A stretch of 34,646 nt of DNA, from positions 8,665 through 43,310 of the forward strand of contig NW_025214783.1 in the NCBI RefSeq assembly GCF_004010195.1, in the 5' to 3' direction. Each line of letters starts with the position of its first letter. Position 1 is the first letter of the stretch. Positions 1 to 10,779 of this stretch are shown here, one piece after another. The DNA comes from Chiloscyllium plagiosum (lineage: Eukaryota). A program made the translations under genes and the position numbers. The notes below the pieces were generated by a model. That model saw only the letters and a list, made by a program, of their open reading frames with translations. It searched no databases and had not been told where the DNA came from.

Positions 1-225
1 CCTGATTGTCCGACCCCGTGCACTCCCCCACACATTCCCATTGTCCCGTTCACTCCCCTGCACATAACCCCATCGTCACTCTCACTTCCCCACACTCTCC
101 CGCACAGTCACACTCTCTCCGCAAACACATTCCCCCACCATCACGCTCACTCCCTCGCACACTCCCCCAGCACCACACGCCCACGCAGTCTCCCACCATC
201 ACACTCCTCACACAACTTAAACTGA
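1..225. repeat. C/A-rich low-complexity degenerate tandem repeat
   Basis: Recurrent cactc(t)ccc(g)cac / cacactctccc motifs; the overlapping ORF 6..239 is a Pro/His/Ser/Thr low-complexity artefact. Confidence 0.7.
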
Positions 226-240
226 GCTCCTGCCTGTGAA

Positions 241-367
241 GAGTTGAAAAATGTGGTGCTGGAAAAACTCAGCAGGCTAGGGAGCATCCGAGGAGCAGGA
301 GAATCGACGTTTTGGGCATAAGCCCTTCTTCAGGAAGGCTGATGGTGATGCAGTCCTCACTTTCACC
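241..367 (-). mobile_element. Very short Penelope-like (PLE) terminal-repeat insertion with hammerhead motif and inverted tip
   Basis: Flanked by a 14-bp direct repeat CTCCTGCCT(G/A)TGAA at 227-240 and 368-381. The - strand at 301-336 reads TTC-CTGAAGA-A-GGGC-TTAT-GCCC-AAAACGTC-GATTC. Same family as the terminus attached to GIY-YIG-type ORF ends at 18388+ and 33000-33220. A tip in the opposite orientation (GCAGTCCTCACTTTC) lies at ~350-364. Confidence 0.8.
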
Positions 368-1102
368 CTCCTGCCTATGAACACCTGCCCAGTTGATCCC
401 CTCTCAATGGCCTTTGACCCCATCCCAATTCTATTCCCTGAGCAACAGACAGTATGTCCCACACAAAGTGTTCTGTTTGTGATATCCTGTTGTGCCAGTC
501 TCAGCCACAGCCTACGGTGCCACTTCACCTGTTACCCCCTAGTAACGGCTCATGTTCTCACACCCACTATGTCCCCGAGCAATGGCGTTTGGCCCAAGCT
601 CCATACAGTTGCCCTGGCAATGGCCTGACGTGCCGTCCCAATCTCTGTTCCCTAATATCGGCCTGAAGATCGACAACCCTCTTCTTTTTCCCAAGCACCG
701 AAGGATTCGAGGAAGATAGTCACATTGGGAGGTTATGATCGCAAGATGGAGAGAGAGTGAATGAGATTGGGGAAGGCAAGGACAGTGGAATTGAGTGTGT
801 AAATAGGAGAAGGAGAGAGAAATAGCAGCACAATATGAGAGTGGGACGGATATATGGAGGGAGAGTGAAAAAGGGAGCAAGGTGAATTCTGCTGAGTGCC
901 AAGTTGAAGGGGGGGGACCCAGAAGGGAATGTAAGGACAAAGGGAGTTAAACCCAGCTCCTGAGCTCAGGGCCCTGTCCCCTCGCCTTCCCTGAGGACGA
1001 AGACTTGGGGCTGAGTCTGTCTCTCTCCAGCTCAGCTTCTCCAACACAAAGACACACAACAACATCATTCACTCTGCTGCTCGGTACGCTTTAATCAACA
1101 TT

Positions 1103-1108
1103 TTTATT
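1103..1108 (-). promoter_or_regulatory. Candidate polyadenylation signal of the GPR139-like locus
   Basis: AATAAA on the - strand ~200 nt after the inferred stop at 1306-1308; ATTAAA at 1090-1095; GT-rich tract further downstream (~1050-1070). Confidence 0.45.
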
Positions 1109-1305
1109 GGTTACAAATGAAAGTGATGGATACAGTCAGTAGGATGGTGCCTTTTCTCACCGGCCCCTGAGTTGGGAGAATCATTGAAATGTTTCCCTGT
1201 AACCCCACTGTGGGATAAGGATGGACAAACCAGTGCTACCCTCAGTCTGTTACCATTGCGACAGGCTGCTCCATCGCTGAAATGAGAAAATCCCGGATGG
1301 ATTGA

Positions 1306-2202
1306 TTAATGAGGGAATTTAATTGATTGATAGATTTGGGTGAACGGATATATCAGCACATTCTTCAGCTGCTGTCTGGGTCACAGCATAAATCGTGGTA
1401 TTTGTGCAGCAACTGAGGAGCTGCAGCATGAAGCCCAATTCCTGCACAAAGTCATTGAGATACACAGATTTACCCCCAAAATCATACATCCGGGTCAATA
1501 TAGAATACAGCATTAATGTTGACCATAACATGATGAAATTGGCCGAGATCACAAACAGTAAAATGATGGATTTTCTTCGGTTTCTCATTTCTGTGTCAGA
1601 CTGAGCGTCCCCATTGGTGTGAGCGCGGAGTCTCCTGCGGGCTCTGCTGGTCACTAAAATGTGTCTGACGGTGAGAACATTGAGCAGCAGAATCAGGAGA
1701 AATGGGACACACGGGGTTAGAACGTGGTGGAGGAACTCGAGTGTGACCCAGACAATGGAGAATAGAACAGCGTCTGTTACATCACAAAACCAGGGGACGT
1801 TATCCAGCCAATACTGAGCCGTGAGCATAAAATACCAGAAAATGTTCTTTTAGCAGCTCAGCACAATCACTGCTCCCAGAACCACGCGCCGTTTTCTCAC
1901 TGCAATATTTAATTTTCAGCTTCTGGCAACAAATGGCCACAAACCAATCAAAGGTGAAAGTGACGGTGAACCAGACAGAGCAGTCAGTGGCTGCATAAAG
2001 CAGGACGGCGTGAATATTACACACAGGGACGGAGTCCTTCAGGAAGTAAAACTGTTCCGGATAACAATGAGAATGTGTCTCAGGATCAGGTCGAGGATAA
2101 TGACCAGGAGATCCGCCGCTGCCATGGCCCCCAGGTAACGTCTGACACATGGATACAATCCACAATCTTTATAAAGCAGGACGGAGATGGTCACTATGTT
2201 AA
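1306..2202 (-). pseudogene. GPR139/GPR142-like rhodopsin-family GPCR, main coding exon, pseudogenised
   Basis: Acceptor ttccttcctcacAG (2203-2204), then (V)NIVTISVL..YLGAMAAADLLVIILD..CSVWFTVTFTFDWFVAICC..LTPCVPFLLILLLNVLTVRHIL..RRKSIILLFVISANFIMLW..GFMLQLLSCCTNTTIYAVTQT..QLKNVLIYPFTQIYQSIKFPH*. Disablements: frameshifts near 2064, 1887 and 1375; in-frame TAA at 1850-1852; DRF-type motif reads DWF. Confidence 0.92.
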
Positions 2203-2761
2203 CTGTGAGGAAGGAAAACAAACCCATTATCCATCAGCCTGGAGGCAAAGGGACCCGTTTGATTGGGGACCCAGTGAGATTTTCAAATGTGTCCCTGTAT
2301 TCAGGGATTTATTAAAATAATTGGAGCTGGAATAACAAATGGGAAGGTCGGAATTACTGACAAAAATGTGACATAAACCACAAGAAACCGTCCCTCCCCA
2401 AACACACAGATACACATCCATAAGGACAGATGGTTTCTAGAACATTCCCACACACTCGCTCACTCGAGAGAAGACACAGGTCACTCCTTCCCAGCTCCTA
2501 ATACGGAGGGAGGAAACGTTGCTGTCCTGAAGGATTCTCTCCCAGTTTCCTGAAGACAAACGGAGTTTGGGAATTTCTGTATTTTGGTCTAAATTGTGGT
2601 CGATCCTGTGTCATGAGAAATGTAAACGCAGGGAAAATGTATTCACCCCTTTAACTGGCTGAGGGGCCTCCGGAACAGTGTCGCCTTCTCCCTGGAACGG
2701 GATCTCGTCCCTCGGGATCTTATCGTTTGTTCAATTCACTGACGTCCGGCTGTTCTCAAAC

Positions 2762-3106
2762 AATGTCAGGGACAGAACGTTCCGTCGAATGTCAGTTATA
2801 GAACGTTGGGGACAGAATGTTCTGGGAATGTCAGTTATAGAATGTCGGGGACAGAACGTTCCGGGGAATGTCAGTTATAGAATGTCGGGGACAGAACGTT
2901 CCGGGGAATGGCAGTTATAGAATGTCGGGGACAGAACGTTCCGGGGAATGGCAGTTATAGAATGTCGGGGACAGAACTTTCCGGGCAATGGCAGCTTTAG
3001 AATGTTGGAGACAGAACATTCCGGGGAATGTCAGTTATAGAATGTCCAAGACAGAAAGTTCCGGGGAATGGCAGTTATAGAATGTCGGGGACAGAACGTT
3101 CTGGGG
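2762..3106. repeat. 40-bp minisatellite, ~8.5 copies
   Basis: Unit GACAGAACGTTCCGGGGAATG(T/G)CAGTTATAGAATGTCGGG; GACAGAA at 2771, 2811, 2850, 2890, 2930, 2970, 3010, 3050 and 3090. Confidence 0.97.
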
Positions 3107-3442
3107 ACCCCTTGACCTGTCCATCACCTTTCCCCCCTACCCACCTCACCAACATGATGTACTGTGCCTGGGCACACTGTAACATTAATGGGGTCAGAGA
3201 CGGAGAGTCCAATCACATGAATGGGAGCTGAAGGCATTGCCAGACCAGCTGAAATGGTTAGATATACCACATTCTCAATCCACCTCACAGAACCAGCCCA
3301 GACACCATCACCCCAGAGGAGATATCTGTTCACCGTGTCCTGCTCAGTACAACCCAACAATCTGTCCAGATTCATCCATTACACCGGTCAATATAATCCA
3401 GCAATCTGTCCAAAGTGGAACACTGCGCAGATCAGATCAGGG

Positions 3443-3904
3443 CATTGATGTATAAACCCAGACCATATATCTGTCCAGCGTGGTGCGAAGTACAGGTTAC
3501 AGCTGTCCATTGATCTGTAAACCCGGACTAGATATCTGTCCAGCACGGGGAGCTGTGCAGACCACAGCAGCGCACTAATGTGTGAACCCGAAACAAATAT
3601 CTATCCAGCATAAGGAGCTACACAAACCACGTCATTACATTATCTATAAACCTCAAACAGATAGTCTGACCAGCACAGCGACCTGTGCAGTGATCACGCG
3701 TGAATTAATCTGAAAACCAGGACCAGTTACCCTCCTAGCAGGTAGGACTGTGTACACCTCCCCAGTGCATTGATCTGTAAACCAGAAGCAGTTACCCTCC
3801 CAGCATGTAGGACTGTGTACAACGCCCCAGTGCATTGATCTATAAAGCAGGAACAGTTACTCTCCCAGCATGTCGGACTGTGTACCCCACCCAAGTGCAT
3901 TACT
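3443..3904. repeat. Diverged 65-bp tandem repeat, 7 units plus a partial eighth
   Basis: CATTGATCTGTAAACC-like unit starts at 3443, 3508, 3573, 3638, 3703, 3768, 3833 and 3898; more degenerate related sequence at ~3310-3440. Confidence 0.92.
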
Positions 3905-4481
3905 CAGTAACACTGTGTTAGATCCCTGTGCAGTCCGGGGAAACTTGCAGCCCATGCTGGAAGTGACAGGATGTGCAGCTCCTATCCATTTATAGCTCCA
4001 TATCTCCATTGTTCCCTGACAAGGGGGAGCTGTGGGTGTGAACATCACTGCCAGAGAGAGATGGCGGGGGAGTCAGTTTAAATATCACCACATGGGAAGG
4101 GTTTAGGAAATAGACAGAGAGTGGGGAGACTGACAGACAGTGTCATGGAAGGATGTGTTCCTACATTGCAGAATGCTAAAATGTAGACATTTCGATAACG
4201 TCCTGGAACTTGAGGCAGTCTTCCCAGGAAAGATGGGAAACAGGGATATTGGTGTGAAGTCAGGTGAGTATTTGTTCTGCGTCTTTGTAACTGGAATTAG
4301 TTTCAACAGAATCTATGATTCACTGGGCTGAATCTAGCAATTATTTATCTCAGTGACATTTTCAGTTATTGTGACAGAGGGATTGTCTGTACGAGGCTGA
4401 GCTAGTTTCCTCGTGCTATCTTATCGTACTCACCTCATTAACTAACCAGCCTACGCCATGGTGTCCCTGTCATTCAATACC

Positions 4482-5400
4482 AGGCCGATTCTCCCACCCA
4501 TCATGGTTGGAGGTACTCAACATCGCCCGGATGCCCTGGATATTCAGTGATCCCTGGCACTGGTGCCATCTTTAAAAGGCCAATGGGCACACGGTTGAGC
4601 TTTCGCCGTTAGGAGCTGGCCTGCACAGTTTACCGCGAGCATGGCAGATAAGAGGCAATTACACCACAGTTTGTCGACAGGGGCACGGAGGTCCTGGTGG
4701 ATGGGCTAGTACAGAGGGGGACCATTCTCTTCCCAGAGAGGGCCACACCACCAGCCCCACCGAGCATGGTCTGAGCTCACCACCCAGCTCAGTGGGTGAG
4801 GAAATGTGCGGTCAAAGGAAATGTCCAGCAATACATGACAAGCATCAATAACTTTCCCCACTCTGTCAGGATAAGGGTCACTGTATTCTCTCTGTTCCCT
4901 CACACTCACTTATATCTGTTATAGCACCAACCCCCGAACTAGGTTCCTGCTCCACCACTCTCACCGTTGCATGCAGCACCTTCTGTCTCTATCTCTGCTC
5001 TGTCTCTCTCTCTCTCTGTCTCTCTCTCTCTCTCCCTCCCCCTCCCTCCCTCTCTCCCTCGACTTTACCCCCCTACACTAATAACACTGCCTGGATACAA
5101 CACTGTGGACTGACTCCCTCCGGACCCCTCAGCATGACCCCGTCCCCCACCTACACCGGCACTAACAGTAGGGCCACCCACTCCCTCCCTCCCTCCCCTT
5201 CTTCCATTCCAGAAGAAAAGGACAGAAAAGGCCAAGCTGGGTGGTGGAGTGCACGATATCCCTCACCCCCTCCCCCGCCATGCGGGGAGGACTCTGGTAC
5301 GAGCCGGAGAGGAGAGGGACACCTCGTGTGGAGATTCTGAAACATCCACGTCCCACCGACCGAGTAAGGAGCAATGTTCAGTGAAGGGCAATTCTCACTT
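4482..5400 (+). mobile_element. PIF/Harbinger DNA transposon remnant with decayed spliced Myb/SANT-like DNA-binding protein gene
   Basis: Exon 4641-4870, with frameshifts: MADKRQL/PQFVDRGTEVLVDGLVQRGTILFP/AWSELTTQLS/VKGNVQQYMTSINNFPHSVR, matching the Myb_DNA-bind_5-like pattern F..E.L....LF...W..V...RxxxQCxKKxNDL. Exon 5213-5363 (AG at 5211-12, GT at 5364): KKRTEKAKLGGGVHDI, TGGG-like. Possible TIR start AGGCCGATTCTCC at 4482. Confidence 0.72.
4984..5060. repeat. (TC)n / (TCCC)n microsatellite
   Basis: Directly visible pyrimidine repeat within the intron of the Harbinger remnant. Confidence 0.9.
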
Positions 5401-5479
5401 TAAACCCACCAGCAGCTCCGTTTCCCCCCAGCACAACTTAGAAGCTGTGGCCCTGATGCCATCTCCCTTTTGTGCCTTT

Positions 5480-5805
5480 GGAATGAGCGGACAGGATGAC
5501 CAGACTGGACACAGTATTCCAGAAGAGGTCTCACCAATATCCTGTACAACCTCAACATGACATCCCAATTCCGATATTCAAAGGTCTGACCTATGAAGAC
5601 AAGTGTGTTAAACACCTTCTTAACCACACTATCTGTATGAGATTCAAATTACAAAGAATTATAACTGACGGCCTAGGTCTCTGTCCTACAACTCTGCCAA
5701 AGTCCCTACTTTTAATTGTATAGATCCTACTCTTGTTTGATTTACTAAATCCAATACCTCGCATTAATCCAAACTAAACTCCATCTGCCACCCCTCAGCC
5801 CATTG
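5480..5805 (-). mobile_element. CR1 LINE RT C-terminal fragment
   Basis: ORF 5400..5627: VKKVFNTLVFIGQTFEYRNWDVMLRLYRILVRPLLEYCVQ, the CR1 LYxxLVRPxLEYC motif. Confidence 0.9.
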
Positions 5806-6384
5806 TGTGATATTACTGCCACCTCACCCTACCCCTTCAATTTTAAAATTCCCATCTCTCTCCAGGAGGCCTGCACACTCCGGCCTTGATTTTCATAAAG
5901 ACCCTGAGCTTGGTTTGCCTTGTATGGTTAGGAGGAGGAGGGACAGATTGCAGACACAGTCAGGGAGGAGGAGAGGCTGGATAGTAAACAGTGGCCTGGT
6001 GTCAATTCATTGTTTTAGGAAGAGGGCAGTCGCTCGTTAGTGGTGGGTAAGAGTGATCGGTGTGTTGGGACCAGAAATTTAGCTCTTCCTTCGTCTCTGG
6101 TGTTCAGTAATAAGTAACTATTTGAGACCCTTCATTGGGCAGAGTGTGCCTGCAAGATTTCTTTCCCTAATATTGCAGACGACAGATAATAGCAAATAAA
6201 GATGATCATAGTTAAGTTCGATAGCACAGCACATACACTCAACATCCTACAGTTGAGACAAATATCTTGCATTTGTTTAACAATGCAAAGTGTTTTGTGT
6301 AGTTCAGTAATGGTAACCTGATTATAATAAATCCACGCCGAGCTAAAGTGGGCACTAAAATATGACTTAAAATTTGGGTATGAT

Positions 6385-6680
6385 AGTGTAGTGGGTCGTG
6401 TCCCTGCCTCTGAGCCAGACCTTTGGATTTGATTCCAATTCCTGACCTTGTGTGGTAGTGTTCCTAGCTCTGGACTATAAGGCCTGGATTCAAGTTCTGC
6501 CTGTTGCAGAGATAGGTCACAGCGTGTCAGAACAGCCTGATGAACAAACACACAAGATAATACTGTTACAGCTTTATGGGTATTGCCCAGTGATGCTAGT
6601 TTCCCACCTCCGGGCACAAAGGTCTAAGTGTAAAGCTTACAGATGCACCTCGTGATATATCTAAACAAACTGATTACAAT
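6385..6680 (+). mobile_element. Three adjacent decayed tRNA-derived SINE heads
   Basis: Mutually similar starts GTAGTGGGTCGTGTCCCTGCCTCTGAGCCAG (~6388), GTGGTAGTGTTCCTAGCTCTGGACTATAAGGCCTGGATTCAAGTTC (~6452) and GTGATGCTAGTTTCCCACCTCCGGGCACAAAGG (~6590), with A-/B-box-like spacing. Confidence 0.5.
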
Positions 6681-6799
6681 GGATTTAAAATTGTGAATTG
6701 ATGGAGGAGGAAGAGGTGTCACTATTGCATTTCAGAATTTAGGCCCGGGATGACTGAAAGTACAGCTATTCGTGTTGATTGGAGTTACATTTCGCAGCA

Positions 6800-7030
6800 G
6801 TAAAGGTTTATAAAATCAGAACGGTTATGGATAGGGTGAGTAGTCAGGGTTTTTCCCCTGGTTAGGGGCGCCCAAAACTAGAGGGCATTGGTTGAAACTG
6901 AGGGGGGAAAGGTTTTGTTGAGGCCTAAAGGGCACCTTTTCACACAGAGGGTGGTGTGCGGATGGAATGAGCTGCCAGAGGAAGTGGTGGAGGCTGGTAC
7001 AACTACAGCATGTAAAAGGTATCTGGATGC
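6800..7030 (+). mobile_element. CR1 LINE 3' fragment
   Basis: LRPKGHLFTQRVVCGWNELPEEVVEAGTTTACKRYLD, the CR1 ORF2 C-terminal FTQRVVxxWNxLP motif. Confidence 0.9.
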
Positions 7031-7458
7031 TGACAGACCTGCCGAGCTTTTGCAGCAATTTCTGTATTTCTTTAAAAAAATGCATTCATTTTAACACAGG
7101 TATTCTGAATAAATAAAACATTTTATGTTTTAATGACGCAGGGCTATGCAAACATATTTCAAATTGACCGACATCATTTTCTGCTAAGGGTATGGTTCTG
7201 TGTATGACAGCAGCAATGATGCACCTACATAGAGCAGGGAATGTGATGGAGACATAGTTTGGACAATGTACAAGGAGAGCGCTCATGGTCCAGTTTGGGA
7301 GAGGATGACATTACTGTGTGATTCAACTCAGAGAGGGAGAAAATGTAATCTGTCCGAGAAGGAACGACCTATTGCACTCTCTCTCCTTCATTGTTCCTCA
7401 TCACAGCAATGTGTGCGAGCTAAAAAAATCTCTACAGTCATTGTTACTATTCTTATTT

Positions 7459-7775
7459 TTATAGAATCCCTGCACAGTGTGGGAGCAGACCCTTTAGCCC
7501 AACAAGTCCATTCGCACCTTCCCAACCCATTTCCCTATATTTACCCCTGACGAATGCGCCTAACCTAGAAATCCCTGAACACTACAGACAATTTAGCATG
7601 ACCACTTCACCGAACCTACACAGTTTGAGCTTTGGGAGGAAATGAGATCACCCATTAGAAGCTCACACAGAAAAGTGGAGAATGTGCAAACTCCACACAG
7701 ACTGTGACCCAAGGCTGGAATCGAAGCCAAGTCTCTGGTGCTGTGGGTCAGCAGTGCTAACCACCGTGCTACCCT
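7459..7775 (-). mobile_element. HE1-type tRNA SINE, older diverged copy
   Basis: Reverse complement begins GGGTAGCACGGTGGTTAGCACTGCTG and aligns along its length with the copies at 16683 and 23770; CR1-derived 3' tail at 7459-7515. Confidence 0.88.
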
Positions 7776-8169
7776 TTGGGTGATCCCTGACCAGATTTCA
7801 TTGGAATCTCCTCACTGCCTAAAGCAAAGGGAATTCAGCCAAATCCAACTCTGCCAGAATGAAACCCCATTGCTAGCAGCTGTGTGAGTACAATATCTTC
7901 AGAAGCAGAATAACGTTTTGGACAATCTCGCAATTTTTCCTTTTGACATGAGTTACAATAATATCTGAGCAAAGTTCTCTCAAGTTAAAATTGCAGTGAT
8001 TTTCTTTTTGAGCAGATTAAAGAAACTAGCCTGACTTGTTCCTAAAACTGACCCTGACCCAGTCTAAGACCAATATCATCGGCCACATCACCGACCTGGT
8101 TACATTTAACATGTGTTGTGAGCAGTGGAGGAGTGGGACGAGAAAAGGAAACAGTGACCCAAAAAGCCG

Positions 8170-9895
8170 GGGAACGATACACCGGTGAGCCTGATGCCAG
8201 TGGTGGGTAAGTTGTTGGAGGGAATTCTGAGGAACACGATTTACATACATTTGGGAAGGCAAGGGCTGATCGGGGTAGACAACGTGGCTTTCTGCATGGG
8301 AAATCATGTCTCATTAATTTAGTTGAGTTTTATGAAGACGTCACAAAGAAGATTGATGAAGGTAGTTTGGTAGACATTGTCGATGTGGACTTCAGTAAGG
8401 TGTTCATTTAAAGAACAAAGAACAAAGAAAATTTACAGCCCAGGAACAGGCCCTTCGCCCTCCAAGCCTGAGCCGATCTCCAAATGTACTGTCTAAATCT
8501 GTCGGTCAATTCCTAAACATCTGTATCCCTCTGCTCCCCACCTTCTCATGTATCTGTCCAGACACATCTTAAAAGAATCTGCCGTGCCTGCCTCTACCAC
8601 CTCTGCTAGCAACGCGTTCCACTCCCCCACCACCCTCTGTGCGAAGTATTTACCACGTGTATCCCCCTTAAACATTCCACCTCTCACTTTGAAAGCAGGA
8701 CTTCTCGTTATTGAATCCTTCATCCTGGGAAAACGTTTGTCTCTATCCACCCAATCTATACCCTTCATGATTTTGTAAACCTCAATCAAGTCCCTTTTTT
8801 TCTCGTGAAAATATACCTAACCTTCTCAGCCTCTCTTCATAGACAGCATTTCATTCTAATTGGTAGACAGATTAGTAAGTTTCAGTCACATGGGATACAG
8901 GAGAAGCTAGTCACAATTGGCTTGAAGGAAGAGGGATATTTTTCGGACTGGATGTTTGTGAGCAGCAGTGTGCTGTAAGAATCAGTACTGAGTTCACTGC
9001 ATTTCATCATTTATGTAAAGGATTTCGATGTGAATATTAGGGCCATTGTTAGTAAGTTTACAGATGACATCAGAAAGGTGGTGTAGCAGATTATCTCAGA
9101 GAACAATTAGATTGGACAAAGGAGCAAGGAGTGACAGATGAAGTTTAATTTAGATAAATACGAGGTTTTGCAGTTTCGGAAGGGAAATCATGGCAGGAAT
9201 TATACACTTAAAGGTCAGGTCCTGGGGCGTGTTGTGAAACAAAGGGACATAGGGCTGCAGTTGCATTGTTCCTTGAAAGTGGAGTCGCAGGTAGACAGAG
9301 TGGGGCAGAACACATTTGGCACATTTGCCTTAATCAGTCAGAGCATTGAGTATAGGAGTTGTGGTGGTATGTTGTGTCTGTACAGGATGTTGGTGAGGCC
9401 ACTTTCAGAATACTGTGTACAACTTGGTTTTCTGCAGAAATGTCTTACACACAGATGTTCCAGGACTGGTAGTTTGAGCTTTAGGGAGAGGTTAATTCGG
9501 TTGAGGCGTTTTCCCCCTGGAGTGTCAGAGGTTAAGGGATGACATTATAGAGGTTTATAAAACAGCAGGGGCATGGATATTCTGACAGCCTCGCTCTGCT
9601 TCACAGGATAGGGGAGTCCAGACCAAGAGGGCATAGGCTGAAGGCGGGAGGGCGAATGATTTAGAATGGACCTGAAGATAAATGTTTCACACAGAGAGTG
9701 GTGTGTGTACAGAAAGTGCTTTCAGAGGAAGTGCTGAAGGCGGTTACAATCGCACATTTAAAAAGTATCTGAAAGAGGAGGGATATTGGCCAAATGCTGG
9801 CAAATGGGACTAAATCAGATTTGATATCTGATCGGAGTGAACAAATTGGACTAACGGGTCTGTTTCCGTTCTGCATGATGCTCTGATTCTATAAG
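8170..9895 (+). mobile_element. CR1 LINE, RT to 3' UTR, decayed; interrupted by an antisense CR1
   Basis: YRPVSLMPVVGKLLEGIL..GFLHGKSCLINLVEFYEDVTKKIDEG..DFSKVF (8178-8406); resumes at ~8856; MKFNLDKYEVLQF..LYRMLVRPLSEYCVQ (9138-9542); 3' tail at ~9780-9895. Confidence 0.92.
8409..8849 (-). mobile_element. 5'-truncated CR1 LINE nested in another CR1
   Basis: ORF 8493..8789: MIEVYKIMKGID..FAQRVVGEWNALLAEVVEAG. Tandem tail (AAGAACA)n at 8412-8428; possible TSD TTCATT at 8403-8408 and 8850-8855. Confidence 0.92.
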
Positions 9896-10524
9896 AGGGA
9901 TGACGAATAATTCTGAAAGGACCTTTCAAGTGGGAATTCTCTTCACTGGAAGTTTATCGTGCCTCTATTTCCACATTGATTGAAAGCTGCACTCGTTAAA
10001 TATTTTACAGAGAACTGAGTCATGCACAATGGGATGCAGACAGTAAAGTGGGGCTGAGACCACAACCTGATCAGCCACAATCTGAGTTCCTGGTGGAGAA
10101 GGCTCAAAGTGTCTAATGACCCACTCCTGCTCGTCAGTCCCATGTTTCTATATTTCATTCAGCCCCTCAAACCTGCTAGACAGGAGCAGTTGGAGGACAA
10201 TTACTCCTATAACCTGGTGCACAGATGCAGAGGAGACTATTTAGCCTCTCAAGACTGTCCCACACGCTTTGAAGTGATTTGGGAAATGTAATTGGAAAAC
10301 CCAGGCTGGGTATGAAAGAGGCCCCTCATCTCTTATCAGAGAGCTTCCCCTCTCTGCAACCTGTGCTTCATTTGTTGGTCATTCTGTAGACCCAGATTCA
10401 CTGTGAATAAAGCCCATATACCTCACCTAGAGATGTCTCACAAAAGCATCTGTTCTTCCTGACTTCAATATTCAATAACACAACATTAATGAAATTAACA
10501 CCCACTAAATTTCCAATAACAGAA

Positions 10525-10775
10525 AGTGAGAACATCAGAAACAGGGGCATGCCGTTCACTCCCCAAGCCTGCCTTGCCCTTCACTAAGATCATGACAGAT
10601 CTGCTCTTGGTCTCAAATCCTCTTTCATACCCAATTCTGCATAGCTCTCAACTCTCTGACAGGTCAATATCCATCTACCTCCTCTTCAAATACTTTCAGT
10701 CATCGAGCTCCCCAACATTCTTGAGAACAGATATCCTGACATTCAATACTACCTGTTTGAAGAAAACACTGGCTG
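10525..10775 (-). mobile_element. Old CR1-type LINE 3' end
   Basis: Begins GAGAACATCAGAAACAGGGGCA..CCAAGCCTGCCTTGCCCTTCACTAAGATCATGACAGATCTG, similar to the other antisense CR1 tails in the window. Confidence 0.6.
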
Positions 10776-10779
10776 CGCC

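Noticed and set aside
2774..3102. Heat-shock element array (GAACGTTC)
   Set aside because: Only two inverted nGAAn units per repeat; the third phased pentamer is absent.
3124..3375. ORF with WIENVVYLTISAGLAMP as exon 1 of the GPCR
   Set aside because: Weak TM1-like resemblance, no GT donor after the Pro, and it overlaps degenerate satellite sequence.
2762..3904. CRISPR array interpretation of the 40-bp and 65-bp repeats
   Set aside because: The variable parts are homologous to each other and are not unique spacers; there are no cas genes, and the context is vertebrate.
6132..6617. 161-aa ORF; its IFICYYLSSAILG has YY-x6-G spacing like GPR139 TM1
   Set aside because: The 5' half is antisense SINE sequence, and there is no GxP or phase-1 donor. 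Not excluded, but unsupported.
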